DNA from: Pseudogymnoascus verrucosus
Taxonomy: Eukaryota
DNA length: 64,000 bases
Assembly (NCBI GenBank): GCA_001662655.1
Contig: KV460211.1
Strand: one strand, 5' to 3'
In this document: in pieces, positions 1 to 10,480 of the stretch
Numbering within the stretch: the stretch's first letter is position 1
Layout: each line of letters begins with the position of its first letter
The notes under the pieces: model-generated
Databases searched by the model: none
What the model was told of the DNA's origin: nothing
Seen by the model: only the letters and a program-made list of their open reading frames with translations
Program-made: the position numbers and the translations under genes

Positions 1-233
1 ATCTGCTCAAGCTGCGACCAGTCTCGCACATCGGTTTTTTGGAACACAGCGCGTCCACGGCCCCGGGCGCTTGACTGGTGAGTGCCAACGACCTCCTGAG
101 CTTCTGGCCTGAGACCAAGATCGGCAAAGACCACATTGCAGCCTTTGTCAAGAAGAGCGGATGCGAAGGCGAGATTGATGCCGCTACCAGCACCCGTTAC
201 AATCGCAACCTTGCCAGAGAGTGTCTGAGACAT
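1..233 (-). CDS. Short-chain dehydrogenase/reductase, N-terminal part (runs off the left edge)
   Basis: Manual minus-strand translation from ATG at 233: MSQTLSGKVAIVTGAGSGINLAFASALLDKGCNVVFADL...AVFQKTDVRDWSQLEQ. Classical SDR TGxxxGI cofactor motif. Absent from the ORF track because it is truncated. Confidence 0.9.
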   Translation of the reverse strand, partial: MSQTLSGKVAIVTGAGSGINLAFASALLDKGCNVVFADLGLRPEAQEVVGTHQSSARGRGRAVFQKTDVRDWSQLEQ

Positions 234-368
234 GACTGCTGTAGTTGCGCAGCTGTCTCCCGAAATCAAGTAGAGTGTTCAAGCTGTGGATGACAATATT
301 TAGTGGGCTCAATTCCTTAACACTCTGCGGCCCAAGGACAACCAACTTATAATAGGAGACCCTGGACG

Positions 369-746
369 TGTTGAACCTCACCTAGTACCTTGCTTCAAGC
401 ACCTAGCACCCAATTTCGAGACGCGGCAGGCTCTGCAGCTCCGGAGTGCGGGGTAGTGGTGGCGGCGCTTATGGCCAAAAGGGATAAAAAGGTGAGTCCC
501 CCTCCAAGAATCCAATAGTGTGGCTTTGCATCAATCATCATAAATCTGCCGATGGCCTGTTGAACCTCCTCTAGTGCCTTGCTTCGAGCACCCCGCACCC
601 GATTTCGAGACGAGGCAGGCTCCGCGGGCTCTAGAGTGCGGGGTAGTGGTGGCGGCGCCTATGCCCAAAAGGGTTAAAACGGTGGGTCGCCCTCTGATAA
701 TCCAACAGTGTGGCTTGCATCAATCATCATAAATCTGCCGAGGGCC
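369..746. repeat. Degenerate ~189-bp tandem duplication (2 units: 369-557, 558-746) in the SDR/TF divergent intergenic region
   Basis: Both units start TGTTGAACCTC, share GAGTGCGGGGTAGTGGTGGCGGCGC and end TGCATCAATCATCATAAATCTGCCGA.GGCC. Confidence 0.9.
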
Positions 747-850
747 CGCACGGTGTGTTCCTAATATTCCTTGTCCTCCCTCTGCTCGTTCCTCCTCCAC
801 CCAACAATTTGTCTTGATTGAGATAGGAACCAGAGACGACGCGTCTAACC

Positions 851-2303
851 ATGCCTACAAAGGTCAAAGGTAAGAGAGCTGAGATTCGAGAGCCACAGGA
901 TTCTAACGTGCTCCGTCCAGGATGCCGCAGCTGTTCCCGCCGGCGAATAAACTGCGACCGGACTCTACCTGCTTGCAACAAATGTGTTCGGGACAACCTG
1001 GTTTGCTACGGCCTTAGCGGGACCTACCGTTGGCTTACTAGCCGGACCTCCAGGAAGACGAGGACACCGGGTCAAGGGAGCAAGAGAGACTCGCCCCCGC
1101 CGTCTCAGATGGTCTGTCGCTTGTCTATCTCGTAACCCATAGACACATTGGCCATAACTTACTGGGCATCCAGGCACTCGATGATTCCGATAAAGGCAGC
1201 CTAATACCGCTATTAGCGTCCCCGACGTCCCCGCTGACTTTCCCGCTGCCCCGGACACAGCCGAGTAATCACGAGGATCAATGGGTGTTGAACTACTGTA
1301 CGTGACACTTCATGGAGCCATTCATCGAAAGATGTACCAACAACAGAGCAGTTGCAGAGCAGATAACGCCGTGGATGTGCCCGATTCTGCGAGAAGATAA
1401 CGAATGCAAGATGCAAGTCTTGCCGCTAGCCGCTTCTTCCCCACTCGTCTTCAATGCCGTTGCCGCGACATCCTTTCATCGCCTGGCCTACTACGGAAAC
1501 AATGAATTTGCAAGTAAGGCTGAAAGATACAGGGCCACTGCTATTAAGGGCCTGCTAGAGAGCTGTCAGAGAGTCTGCTTGCCGTTGCCATCCTCTCAGG
1601 ACGTGCTGTTTGCCGCGGCTACTCTCTTAATTCTGATGTATGATGAGATGGTGGCTGCCCAGGGTTCCTTCACGACTCTTGCGCGTGTCATGTCAAGCAT
1701 GCGGAACTTTGTGGATTTCTCAACCTTAAGCGGCAGCTCGGAGCTTCAAAGATACCTGTCAGGGCAGTTTGATATGTGAGTTGCACTTTCCAGGCAGATT
1801 TGTGCGGCAAGCATGGTGGTAATTGTGACCTAATATCATCCAGGCTAGCCATCTTCGCCCTACCGCATCTTGACGAAGGTCCATCGCAGACGCACGCCTT
1901 CGAGTTGGTAGACACCTTTGAGTCGACGACCAAAGAAGACCAAAATAACCCTCCCTTCCTGGCAGACTGCTGGAAGACTGTCTTAACGGCTTGGCTCTGT
2001 CAGAAACAGAACTCGGACGTCGACGTGGTCAACAGTTTACTGGAGGATCTCAAGTTCAGGATTTTATCTCACGATGGTATTACACGGTTTGATCACTACA
2101 TGACATGGGTTTACTTCATGGCTGCAGCGGCTTCACCTAGTCCACATCTACGGAGCTTCTTCAGGGACCGCCTCTTCCAGCATACCATCACTTTTGGATG
2201 GAAGAATGTTGCCTTAATGCTCAAGCTCCTCGAAGAACTAGAAAAGTCTGGCTCGGACTGGCCTTCTCGGTTGCAGTCTCACAAAAAATACATTTGCGTC
2301 TAA
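851..2303 (+). CDS. Zn(II)2Cys6 transcription factor with C-terminal fungal-specific TF domain; exons 851-1111, 1174-1775, 1844-2303
   Basis: CRSCSRRRINCDRTLPACNKCVRDNLVC zinc cluster. Introns GTCTGT..CAG and GTGAGT..CAG join the three ORFs in frame. Middle region (VLPLAASSPLVFNAVAATSFHRL..ATLLILMYDE) is typical of fungal TF C-terminal domains. Confidence 0.85.
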
Positions 2304-2882
2304 TGGTAGCTATTTGATAACCCCCTGTTACTTGCCAACCCACTCGATGCGAGCACATGCTGCAGCCATGAATATCATCTTGCCACCAACCACACTAGCT
2401 AAATAACCCAACCATAAAATTAAACAATACAAGGCAAAGCATATTGGTACAGCTGCACAAACACACGTAAAAGTGAGGGGTACGGGAGAAAGGAAGGCGA
2501 GGCTAACCAACTTCCGAGGTCGGCAGCCTCTTTAAAATCGGGCAGCAAGCTGCACGTTGGTATTGATCCCACACGGCCTCCACATATGAACACTGAAGCA
2601 GATAGCATATGTCTGAAAACCGTATTCTTCGTCTGATTACGACGGAACAGAGAAATAATTGGGTGGTAAGAGGCGCAAGGGACATGCCAACCAAAACTGG
2701 GGTACTCATGTTTTTGACCTTCCGCGTTCTAGCGCAGAACCTCTCGGTGTACTCATTGCGGCGAAACATAAATATTCGTGGAACTCTCTTACAGTGACGG
2801 CTACCTTTCCAGACCTAAATGAGCCATCTTCATTCAAGTCCTTATGATCTCTCAGCTTGCGAGAACTGAACATTATTGAACC

Positions 2883-4550
2883 ATGCGTGCCGACATTTCC
2901 ACTCTTGGATCCGCCAATGGCTATAGTAATGGAACCGCCAACGGGTCCGCACTTCACAAAGTCGATGTGGTAATTGTGGGAGGAGGCTTTTCAGGGTGCT
3001 ACATGCTACACAAGCTGCGGCAGCAAAACTTCTCGGTGCGGATCGTGGAGGCTGCCCCTGAGCTTGGCGGTGTTTGGCAGTGGAACTGCTATCCCGGCGC
3101 CAGAGTCGACACACACGTACCTCTGTACGAGTACTCCATAGAGGAGGTGTGGAAGACATGGACATGGCAGGAAAAGTTCCCTACTGCAAGCGAGTTGCAG
3201 CGTTACTTCCGTCATGTTGACAACGTGCTCGGACTGAGTAAAGATGTCATCTACAACACCAAGGTCACCAGAGCTATATTCGACGATTCAAAGAGCACAT
3301 GGACCATCTCGACGGATAAAGGCAGCAAGCTCGAGGCCAATTTCTTCATCCCGGCAGTTGGCTTTGCCGCAAAGCGATCATTCCCCAATTGGGCCGGCCT
3401 CGACGACTTCAAAGGCATTGTTCACCACTCAAGCTTCTGGCCCGCTGATGGTGTCGATCTAGCCGGCAAGCGCGTCGCTGTCGTTGGCACTGGGAGCACT
3501 GGCGTTCAGCTTGTCCAAGAGATCGGGCCCCAGGCCGGGGCTCTGACACTTTTCCAACGCACACCCAACCTGGCACTTCCGCTGAACCAGGTCGTCCTGA
3601 CGAGGGGCATGCAGGATGAAAGCAAGCCAGATTATCCTGCCAAGTTCCTAGAGCGCCTGCAGAGCAGGTTTGGATATGACTACAGCCACGAGGATATCAA
3701 CACTTTTGACCATACACCACAGCAGAGGAGGGCCTTCTACCAATCGAAATGGGATCAAGGAGGCTTTCTCTTCTGGGTCGGTGCTTACCAGGACCTCTTG
3801 ACAGACCTGAAGGCCAACCGCGAGGCGTATGACTTCTGGGCAGAACAGATCCGGGGAGAGATTAAAGATCCAAAAAAGCGGGATATTCTTGCTCCTTCAG
3901 AACCCCCTCATCCCTTCGGTACGAAGAGACCTGCCTTGTTCCGCAACTTCTATGAAGTATGTGACCAGGACAACGTTACCATCGTGGATACCAACAAGAC
4001 ACCCGTCACTCAAGTCGTAGCCGACGGTATCATCACAGGAGACGCCAAGAAACACGACATTGACGTTCTCATCCTCGCAACCGGCTTCGACGCAATAACC
4101 GGGGGCCTCAAAGCCATCGATATCCGAAACGACCGCGGTGAAACATTATCTGACAAATGGTCGGCGGGCACTTGGACAAATCTTGGCCTGATGACGGCTG
4201 ACTTTCCAAACATGTACTTCATATACGGTCCTCAAGGCCCGACCGCCTTCTCCAACGGTCCCACCTGCGTCGAGATCCAGGGCGAATGGATCATCAACGC
4301 TCTCACGCACATGCGAGAAAAAGGCGCGCGCCGCATGGCTGCAACGCTTCAGGCGCAGGAGGATTACCGGGCCATGATAAACGACTTGACAGCCCAGACT
4401 CTGTTCCCTCTGGCAAAGTCTTACTATATGGGTGCCAATATCAAGGGCAAAACAAAAGAGGCGCTGAACTTTCCAGCGGGGATCCCTAAATACAGGGAGC
4501 TACTTGACGAGAGCGCAGCCGAGGGCTATAAAGGATTCGTACTTGCCTAA
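2883..4550 (+). CDS. Type I Baeyer-Villiger monooxygenase (cyclic-ketone monooxygenase-like), intronless
   Basis: GGGFSG FAD motif, GGVWQWNCYPGARVD, BVMO fingerprint FKGIVHHSSFWP (FxGxxxHxxxWP), second Rossmann motif GTGSTG, ATGFD. Confidence 0.95.
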   Translation: MRADISTLGSANGYSNGTANGSALHKVDVVIVGGGFSGCYMLHKLRQQNFSVRIVEAAPELGGVWQWNCYPGARVDTHVPLYEYSIEEVWKTWTWQEKFPTASELQRYFRHVDNVLGLSKDVIYNTKVTRAIFDDSKSTWTISTDKGSKLEANFFIPAVGFAAKRSFPNWAGLDDFKGIVHHSSFWPADGVDLAGKRVAVVGTGSTGVQLVQEIGPQAGALTLFQRTPNLALPLNQVVLTRGMQDESKPDYPAKFLERLQSRFGYDYSHEDINTFDHTPQQRRAFYQSKWDQGGFLFWVGAYQDLLTDLKANREAYDFWAEQIRGEIKDPKKRDILAPSEPPHPFGTKRPALFRNFYEVCDQDNVTIVDTNKTPVTQVVADGIITGDAKKHDIDVLILATGFDAITGGLKAIDIRNDRGETLSDKWSAGTWTNLGLMTADFPNMYFIYGPQGPTAFSNGPTCVEIQGEWIINALTHMREKGARRMAATLQAQEDYRAMINDLTAQTLFPLAKSYYMGANIKGKTKEALNFPAGIPKYRELLDESAAEGYKGFVLA

Positions 4551-4791
4551 TGTCTAAATATGAAAATGTTTTTCGGCTATTGACGAGAGGAAAAGCAACA
4601 GGGTTTGTAGCGAACATATAAGAAGACAATCTCCGCATGCCACATTTCCACATTAAACTATTCAACTATCAATGTACATTATGTGCCATAGTTGTTTACA
4701 AGTCTACGAGAACAGTTAAACTTTTAGCCGCTTGTTCCGCGTCTCGATTGCACTTGACCTTCAAAATTTCATTCACTAGGCTGTAAGCCTG

Positions 4792-4865
4792 TATATGTTC
4801 CGGCCCAACCGCGAATAAGTCGTATTCGCGAATACGACTTATTCGCGGTTGGGCCGGAACATATA
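4792..4865. mobile_element. Perfect 74-bp spacer-less palindrome with TATA at both ends; probable minimal MITE (two fused TIRs)
   Basis: Left arm TATATGTTCCGGCCCAACCGCGAATAAGTCGTATTCG (37 nt) is the exact reverse complement of the right arm. The palindrome is certain; the transposon interpretation is inferred. Confidence 0.6.
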
Positions 4866-4977
4866 TCATAAAGTGTGCATCTTCTGTCACAAAATAGGAG
4901 ACTCTTTCTCTCCGTACTTTTACCATATCTCTGATCGCCCAATTCTTCTTTCTTCTCCGGTAATTTTTATCAAGATC

Positions 4978-5343
4978 ATGTGTGCTCCTTCAGTATTATT
5001 CCCCAAGGAGGTTTTCGATTGGAATATGACATTTTGGAACCAGTGTGTTCCGGAACCCAATTAAAGCTCCGGCCTGAAGTTGTTGGCATTTGCGGGACAG
5101 ATCTTCATGGAAACTCAGCTCTAGCCTTTATCCCGACGCTGGAGAGCCATCATCCTGTCACTGACGAGGCTCCAACCGTCATTATTGGCCATGAGATGGC
5201 TGAGACAATACTAGAAGTTGGTGTCGTTGAAGCGAACACGTCAATCAAAATAGGGGCAAAGTGGCTGTGAGATCATCGTGGAGAAGAATATTATTGCTGC
5301 TTCGTAACTCCTGGGTTCTTAGGTTGGTCCGGTGGATGGGGTG
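4978..5343 (+). pseudogene. Remnant of a zinc-dependent medium-chain dehydrogenase (butanediol/sorbitol dehydrogenase-like)
   Basis: VVGICGTDLH (catalytic Zn Cys), HPVTDEAPTVIIGHEM (GHE motif) and GFLGWSGGWG near 5313-5342. Frameshifts near the start, stop at 5270, structural-Zn Cys cluster and NAD-binding domain missing. Confidence 0.75.
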
Positions 5344-5605
5344 AAATACTCTTAAGAAGGGCCAATCTACATAATTTCATTAGATTCTGATCAAAGCACA
5401 TATCACATTTCATTCAGTAGTAACTCCGTTGAATTTGGTAGGGAGCTTAGTACAAGTTGAAATTCGCTAGTTGGCATTTTTAAAAAAGTACTGCGCCCAC
5501 TAAGAGAAGCAGATAGTGAGGCCTCCTAACACATTGCACAAAGAGCAGCCGGTGTTCTTTCAATACAAACTTGTCTGTCCCACATATTTTATTGTAGTTC
5601 TGCAT

Positions 5606-7313
5606 TTACGAAGTTGGTTCAGAAGCTTCTGTCACACTATTGCCAAGATATGACTTGCGTCCGCGGAAGGCCCAGTCAGCGGCAATGACAATGGCCAGTG
5701 CCACGTATACCGCACTTATATAATTCATGTCTTCAAATGTCAGCAACAGAATGTGATAATTCACTCGACCTTTAGACTTACTGCCTGCCGTTACCGGCAT
5801 AACTGCCGGGAGAGCATATATAACAACCGAGTAAAGAGTCCATACCAACAAAACAATATTAGATAGTAGTCCCAATTTTCCGAACCAGTAGGGACCGTGA
5901 GGCGTCTTATCTCGACCTTTGATGAGTTGACACACTACTGGAATGCTATAACTAACATACAGCAAGGCTATCGTCGCACTCACCAACCTAAAATTCGTCA
6001 GTATCTCCCTATAAGGCCTTGAGTTTGCTTACGAGTTAAATGCAACGCTGCTGCCAAGATAAAGAAGACCGACCAAGGCGTCTATCACGACACTCACTGT
6101 GTGTGCTACGATAGGAACATCGAGCTTGTGGTCGACTTTACTTAGTTGTGAGGAAAATGGTAATCCTTTGTCCCGAGCAAAACTCCAACACAATCGAGCT
6201 TGCCAGGTGTGACAGGTCGTCAAGCAGCCCACTCCCGTGAGGATGATGAGAGTTTCCAACGCGATGGCTCCAGTTGGACCGATAGCCTGGTTGAATATTT
6301 CAATGATTGGTACTAGCGTGGCAGTGTTAGACACAGCGTCCAGATCATGGATGGAAAACATCATTGAAACTGCAAATAACCACGCTGTGGAAAATCCAAT
6401 CGCAACGGTTCCAAGTAGGGCAATTGGTATAGCCCGCTCAGGATTGCTGACTTCTTCTGCTACATGCGTTGCGCAGTCCAAAGCGGCAAAAGGGTAATTT
6501 GTATTTATGAGGCCGATGAGAAATGCCACGCCATTTTCTTTCCATCCAGTATTGTTGATAAACTCCGTAAAGACGAAGCTAGCAGGTTGATGACTGGATG
6601 AAGATGCAGGGACAGCAATTGTAATCACAATAAAAGACGTCAGTGACAGATATAAGCTCAAGGTATTGATAGCTGGTAAGGCTCTGCCCCAGGTATTCAA
6701 AAAATAGCAGAAGAAAGTGAAAAGTTCGTAAGTGACAACGACATGCCAAGCTTGTATCGTACTGCTGTCTGTCAGACTGAGAAAAACGTAAAACTTGAAC
6801 ATGGAGAACTTACAGGTCAGGGTGCGTTAGTTGATATAAACCAACAATGCCAGATGCCATCCCTGAAGCGACGGAGGCAGAAGCAAAGATAGAACCTGCG
6901 TAGGCAAACCATCCAGTCAGATAGCTTACAATACCAGCGTATCTAGGAGGTGCCAACACCTTTGCCCAGAAGTATTGGCCACCGGAGTTTGGATAAGCGC
7001 TAGCCATCTCTGCGAGACTGATAGCGACACTGACAGAAACGAGGCCGAGTATCATCAGACCGTAGATCAAAATAACTGGACCGCCTGAGTTGATGCCGGT
7101 TGCTAGGGAAAAAGATAGGCCAAACCAGGAATTGGTTAAGGAGAACCCGACTGCGAGAACGGACCACGGTGAGAACTTTCGGCGCATTTCTTGTTCATAT
7201 CCCATCTCTGCCAGTCTGAGAACATCATGATTAACTTGCTCAAGGTCTGCGACAGACGCACTGATAGATCCAAGATCTTCTAGCATCTCTTCTGTCTTGT
7301 CCTTCTCAGCCAT
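5606..7313 (-). CDS. Amino acid/amine permease of the APC superfamily (choline/GABA transporter, Hnm1/Uga4-like); exons 7313-6814, 6761-6033, 5987-5782, 5730-5606
   Basis: LAEMGYEQEMRRKFS, NSGGPV, LAEMASAYPNSGGQYFW, DCATHVAEEVSNPERAIP, ARLCWSFARDKGLPFS, MNYIS. Three GTAAG..AG introns give a continuous frame. Confidence 0.92.
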
Positions 7314-7941
7314 GGGTTCGAATTTCTAGATGAATTACTATTGAGGATTGAGCGATATCCTAGCCTAGAAGTGTAGATTTCTTGAGGTCTTCTGGAAGAA
7401 ATGGACCAGGGTAGAAATGGTTTTATAATAGACCGATAAGCACTGCACCAAGACTTGCGTGGTTTTGCTAATGGATGCAGGCTGTCACCGAATCAAACAG
7501 GTTTGAGTGAAATAATGCTCTGAACAAGGAATTTCGCTTCGTGTCGACAAGTTCAGATACACTTGTAGATTATAGTCGAGGTTCCACAGCTTTGATCTAA
7601 GATAGCCCACTTGTGATCAAAGAGAGTCCGGAGAAAAGGAGTTGTAAATCGGCCAAAAGTAAGGCTTGCCATCTTTATATACTTATATAATTGCTGGAGT
7701 TATGGAACTCCTACAACGCAATCTTCTCAGACTTAGATATGCATACAAAGCTGGGGCCTTAAGGTCTGGGGGAGGATAGTAATCCACAGCCACATCTATG
7801 CCATTGCAGATAAACTCAATAACATTGATTGGGCCACTGCGTTTCGGATTGATGAAACTACCAAGGTCGGCAAAAGCCCTCTCCATGATCGACTACGCCA
7901 CATAAACTTTGATGCTTTTCCAAGCTGTTGGAAAAGAGCTG

Positions 7942-8129
7942 CTCATCAATTTCGCCAGATTAGGTTAGGTTAGGTTAGTAAGTTAGATGGCCAGGTACAT
8001 GCTCTGGCCAGATCGCCGATTGTCGCCTAAATTAAACGGCTTGCGACGGGAAATTTCTCACGCTAAAAGGAATGTTTCATGAACTAAGTTTACTAACCTA
8101 ATCTAACCTAATCTGGCGAAATTAATGAG
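7942..8129. mobile_element. ~188-bp MITE-like element with ~40-bp terminal inverted repeats containing TTAGG repeats
   Basis: Left CTCATCAATTTCGCCAGATTAGGTTAGGTTAGGTTAGTAA; reverse complement of right end CTCATTAATTTCGCCAGATTAGGTTAGATTAGGTTAGTAA (2 mismatches). No clear target-site duplication. Confidence 0.6.
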
Positions 8130-9266
8130 TTCTCGTAGACTCGCAACAACCGTGGGACATAATGTACTTCTGATTAAAATGTTTAACCGCATTGGACTTC
8201 AAAGCTAGTAAGGTTGGTAGGCGCTAGAGAAATTACTGTACTATGCCCTACAAAGTAAATTGACAGGCATTATGCCGAAGAAGGAAATAGATAGAGCTGC
8301 TCTGTATCTCGTTGTGTTTTACTCATCGATAACATGTACCGTGCCAAATGCAAACACCTGTTAGCACCAAGTGGACACGATCCGCTGTTATTGAATGCGA
8401 CCTAATACCTTTGCGGGGAAAGAAGGTGATTCCTCATCGCGATACCTCGGAGATCCGCATCATTGCCAGCTCGGGCCAATGGCTAAAGTAAAGTCTCCAG
8501 CACCTGATGCTCAAGATCTTGTCCTAAATTAGTAATAAAACCGTTGATAGTTAATTTGCCCGTTTTGTCCAGACTAGTCGATTGGCAACGAACGTTCGTT
8601 GCTAGTATTAGTTTCGGTATACAACAAATGAGAGTAATAACTCTCGGTATTTTGCTCTAGTGTTTGATGATTGAGTAGGCTGGATTTGCTAGTTGCGTGG
8701 CTTAAAAAATGATGAGGCACTACTTGATGGGTTTTATGGTGTATGTCTATAGTTGGAGTGATTGGTTTACGTCATCCAACCTCGGGCACTTGTCGGCAAA
8801 CTGGAAGCTTGCGACCGAACTAGATAAGGCGACACATAACTTTGATATTTCTGGCTTACCAGATTAACTCTTTGATCTTGCTAAGTCGCCTAGACGAGGT
8901 CTGTGTCAGCTTTCCTGTGTTCGAAGTAAGATACGGGGTTGAAGGACAGATAAATGCGCTTGCTGGACGGAATTCGCAACTAACTGTGAGAGAAGCGAAC
9001 AGTTGGTATAGAACTGCGCTCGGTAACGTTCGTAGAATAATAAACGATAATTCCGGTATCATCACGAGTAGGGTTCAATTGATCAGAAGTGAATGCATAT
9101 CGATTATTCTAGCTAACGTATGTCGTGGCGTCACGCGGGTGGTGCAGTGTTCGGCACTTGGGCTCACTTAGACATGTATTATGCTCCATAATGCTTTTCC
9201 GGTCCTCGGTTCTCGGTCCTCGGCAAAATCTCAGCTTTCCCCCGCAGCCCCATATAATCGTTCCTG

Positions 9267-10118
9267 TTGTTCGTCCAAAATGCTATCCAGACGCAGTCAA
9301 CACGTCGACCCGGGATGATTCTGCATCGTCGGTGCATTGCAAAGGTTGCCATGATACAGCATGAGGCAGGCTTTGACCTCGAGTCCATCCTCACGGATGA
9401 AAACTGCGTCAAGGCCATATTCGAGAATCGGTATAATTACCTGACGGATTCCGATTATAATTTACCGGCTCTTCATGATGTACAGCAACGCTCGAGTCCT
9501 AACAGCTTCTTAGACCAAGGTCTCGAAGATGCGGGTGAATCGGGCTCCCAAGAAGGGAATACACAGTTTAATAACAAGGCCAACGCAAATGCAGGCTTTG
9601 ACCTCGAGTCCATTCTCACGGATGAAAACTGCGTCAGAGCCATATTCGGGACTCGGTATAATTACTTGACGGATTCCGATCACAATTTATCGGCTTTTCA
9701 TGATGTACAGCAACGCTCGAGTCCTGACAGCTTCCAGGACCGTGCTGCATATGTTGAACTGAACTCTTTTCATGCTGAAGTTCCAGGATTCGACTATTCA
9801 GGATCAGGTTACCCAGTTGAACAAATGAGAGATATAGGGCACAATGATTTAGACTATGATTCTATAGCAAAGCAACAAGCTGATGTCGAGATCCACAAGA
9901 TCTACAGTACTTTTCCACCAGGTATGCTCTTCTTACTAAGGATTATTAAATGCAAAGAATTTATCTCTACTATAGATATTGACATGACATTCGTGTTGAA
10001 TCTCTTACGAGATCTCGAAGATTCTGGCGAACCGGGCCCTCAAGAAGGGAATACACAGCTTAATAAGATGGCCAACGAAAAAGCAGATTCGATACTGCCT
10101 CAGATCCTCACGACTTGA
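9267..10118 (+). CDS. Hypothetical protein with internal partial duplication; true start unclear, possible in-frame intron ~9922-9975
   Basis: 283-codon ORF. AGFDLESILTDENCV...FQD repeated at 75-codon spacing; LED.GE.G.QEGNTQ.N repeated at 9521 and 10013. No recognisable domain. Confidence 0.4.
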   Translation: MFVQNAIQTQSTRRPGMILHRRCIAKVAMIQHEAGFDLESILTDENCVKAIFENRYNYLTDSDYNLPALHDVQQRSSPNSFLDQGLEDAGESGSQEGNTQFNNKANANAGFDLESILTDENCVRAIFGTRYNYLTDSDHNLSAFHDVQQRSSPDSFQDRAAYVELNSFHAEVPGFDYSGSGYPVEQMRDIGHNDLDYDSIAKQQADVEIHKIYSTFPPGMLFLLRIIKCKEFISTIDIDMTFVLNLLRDLEDSGEPGPQEGNTQLNKMANEKADSILPQILTT

Positions 10119-10480
10119 ACCACCAGACCGACGTTAATGACATTTCAACAAGATTGCCAGATACCCGAACGAGCATGTTCATTTTTTGTGTCCCTTTATG
10201 GATGAGTTTGATTTCTACGTTATGTACGAGAACGCCTTGACTTTTCGAGACTCGCGTTTAGGAGCCATGAATATTACCTCTTTTACAGGCCATTAAGGCC
10301 ATTATGTTCGCTGTAATGGGAGTAATTGTCTTGACCAAATATTCGTTTCGCTCATAGTTGGAAGAAGCGACTGCGCGGTTTGGCGACTAGCGTCTGTTCA
10401 TCACCACTCCTCGATAAAACCTATAACATAGCTATAGATAGTATTTTAGATAGTAACGCAAAGCTATGTAAACTAATTCA

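Noticed and set aside
2328..2608. Hydrophobic minus-strand ORFs vaguely like a Gpr1/Fun34/YaaH transporter remnant
   Set aside because: No diagnostic motif; the resemblance is too weak without a profile search.
7960..7978. Interstitial telomere
   Set aside because: The unit is TTAGG, only ~3-4 copies, and it is mirrored as part of an inverted repeat.
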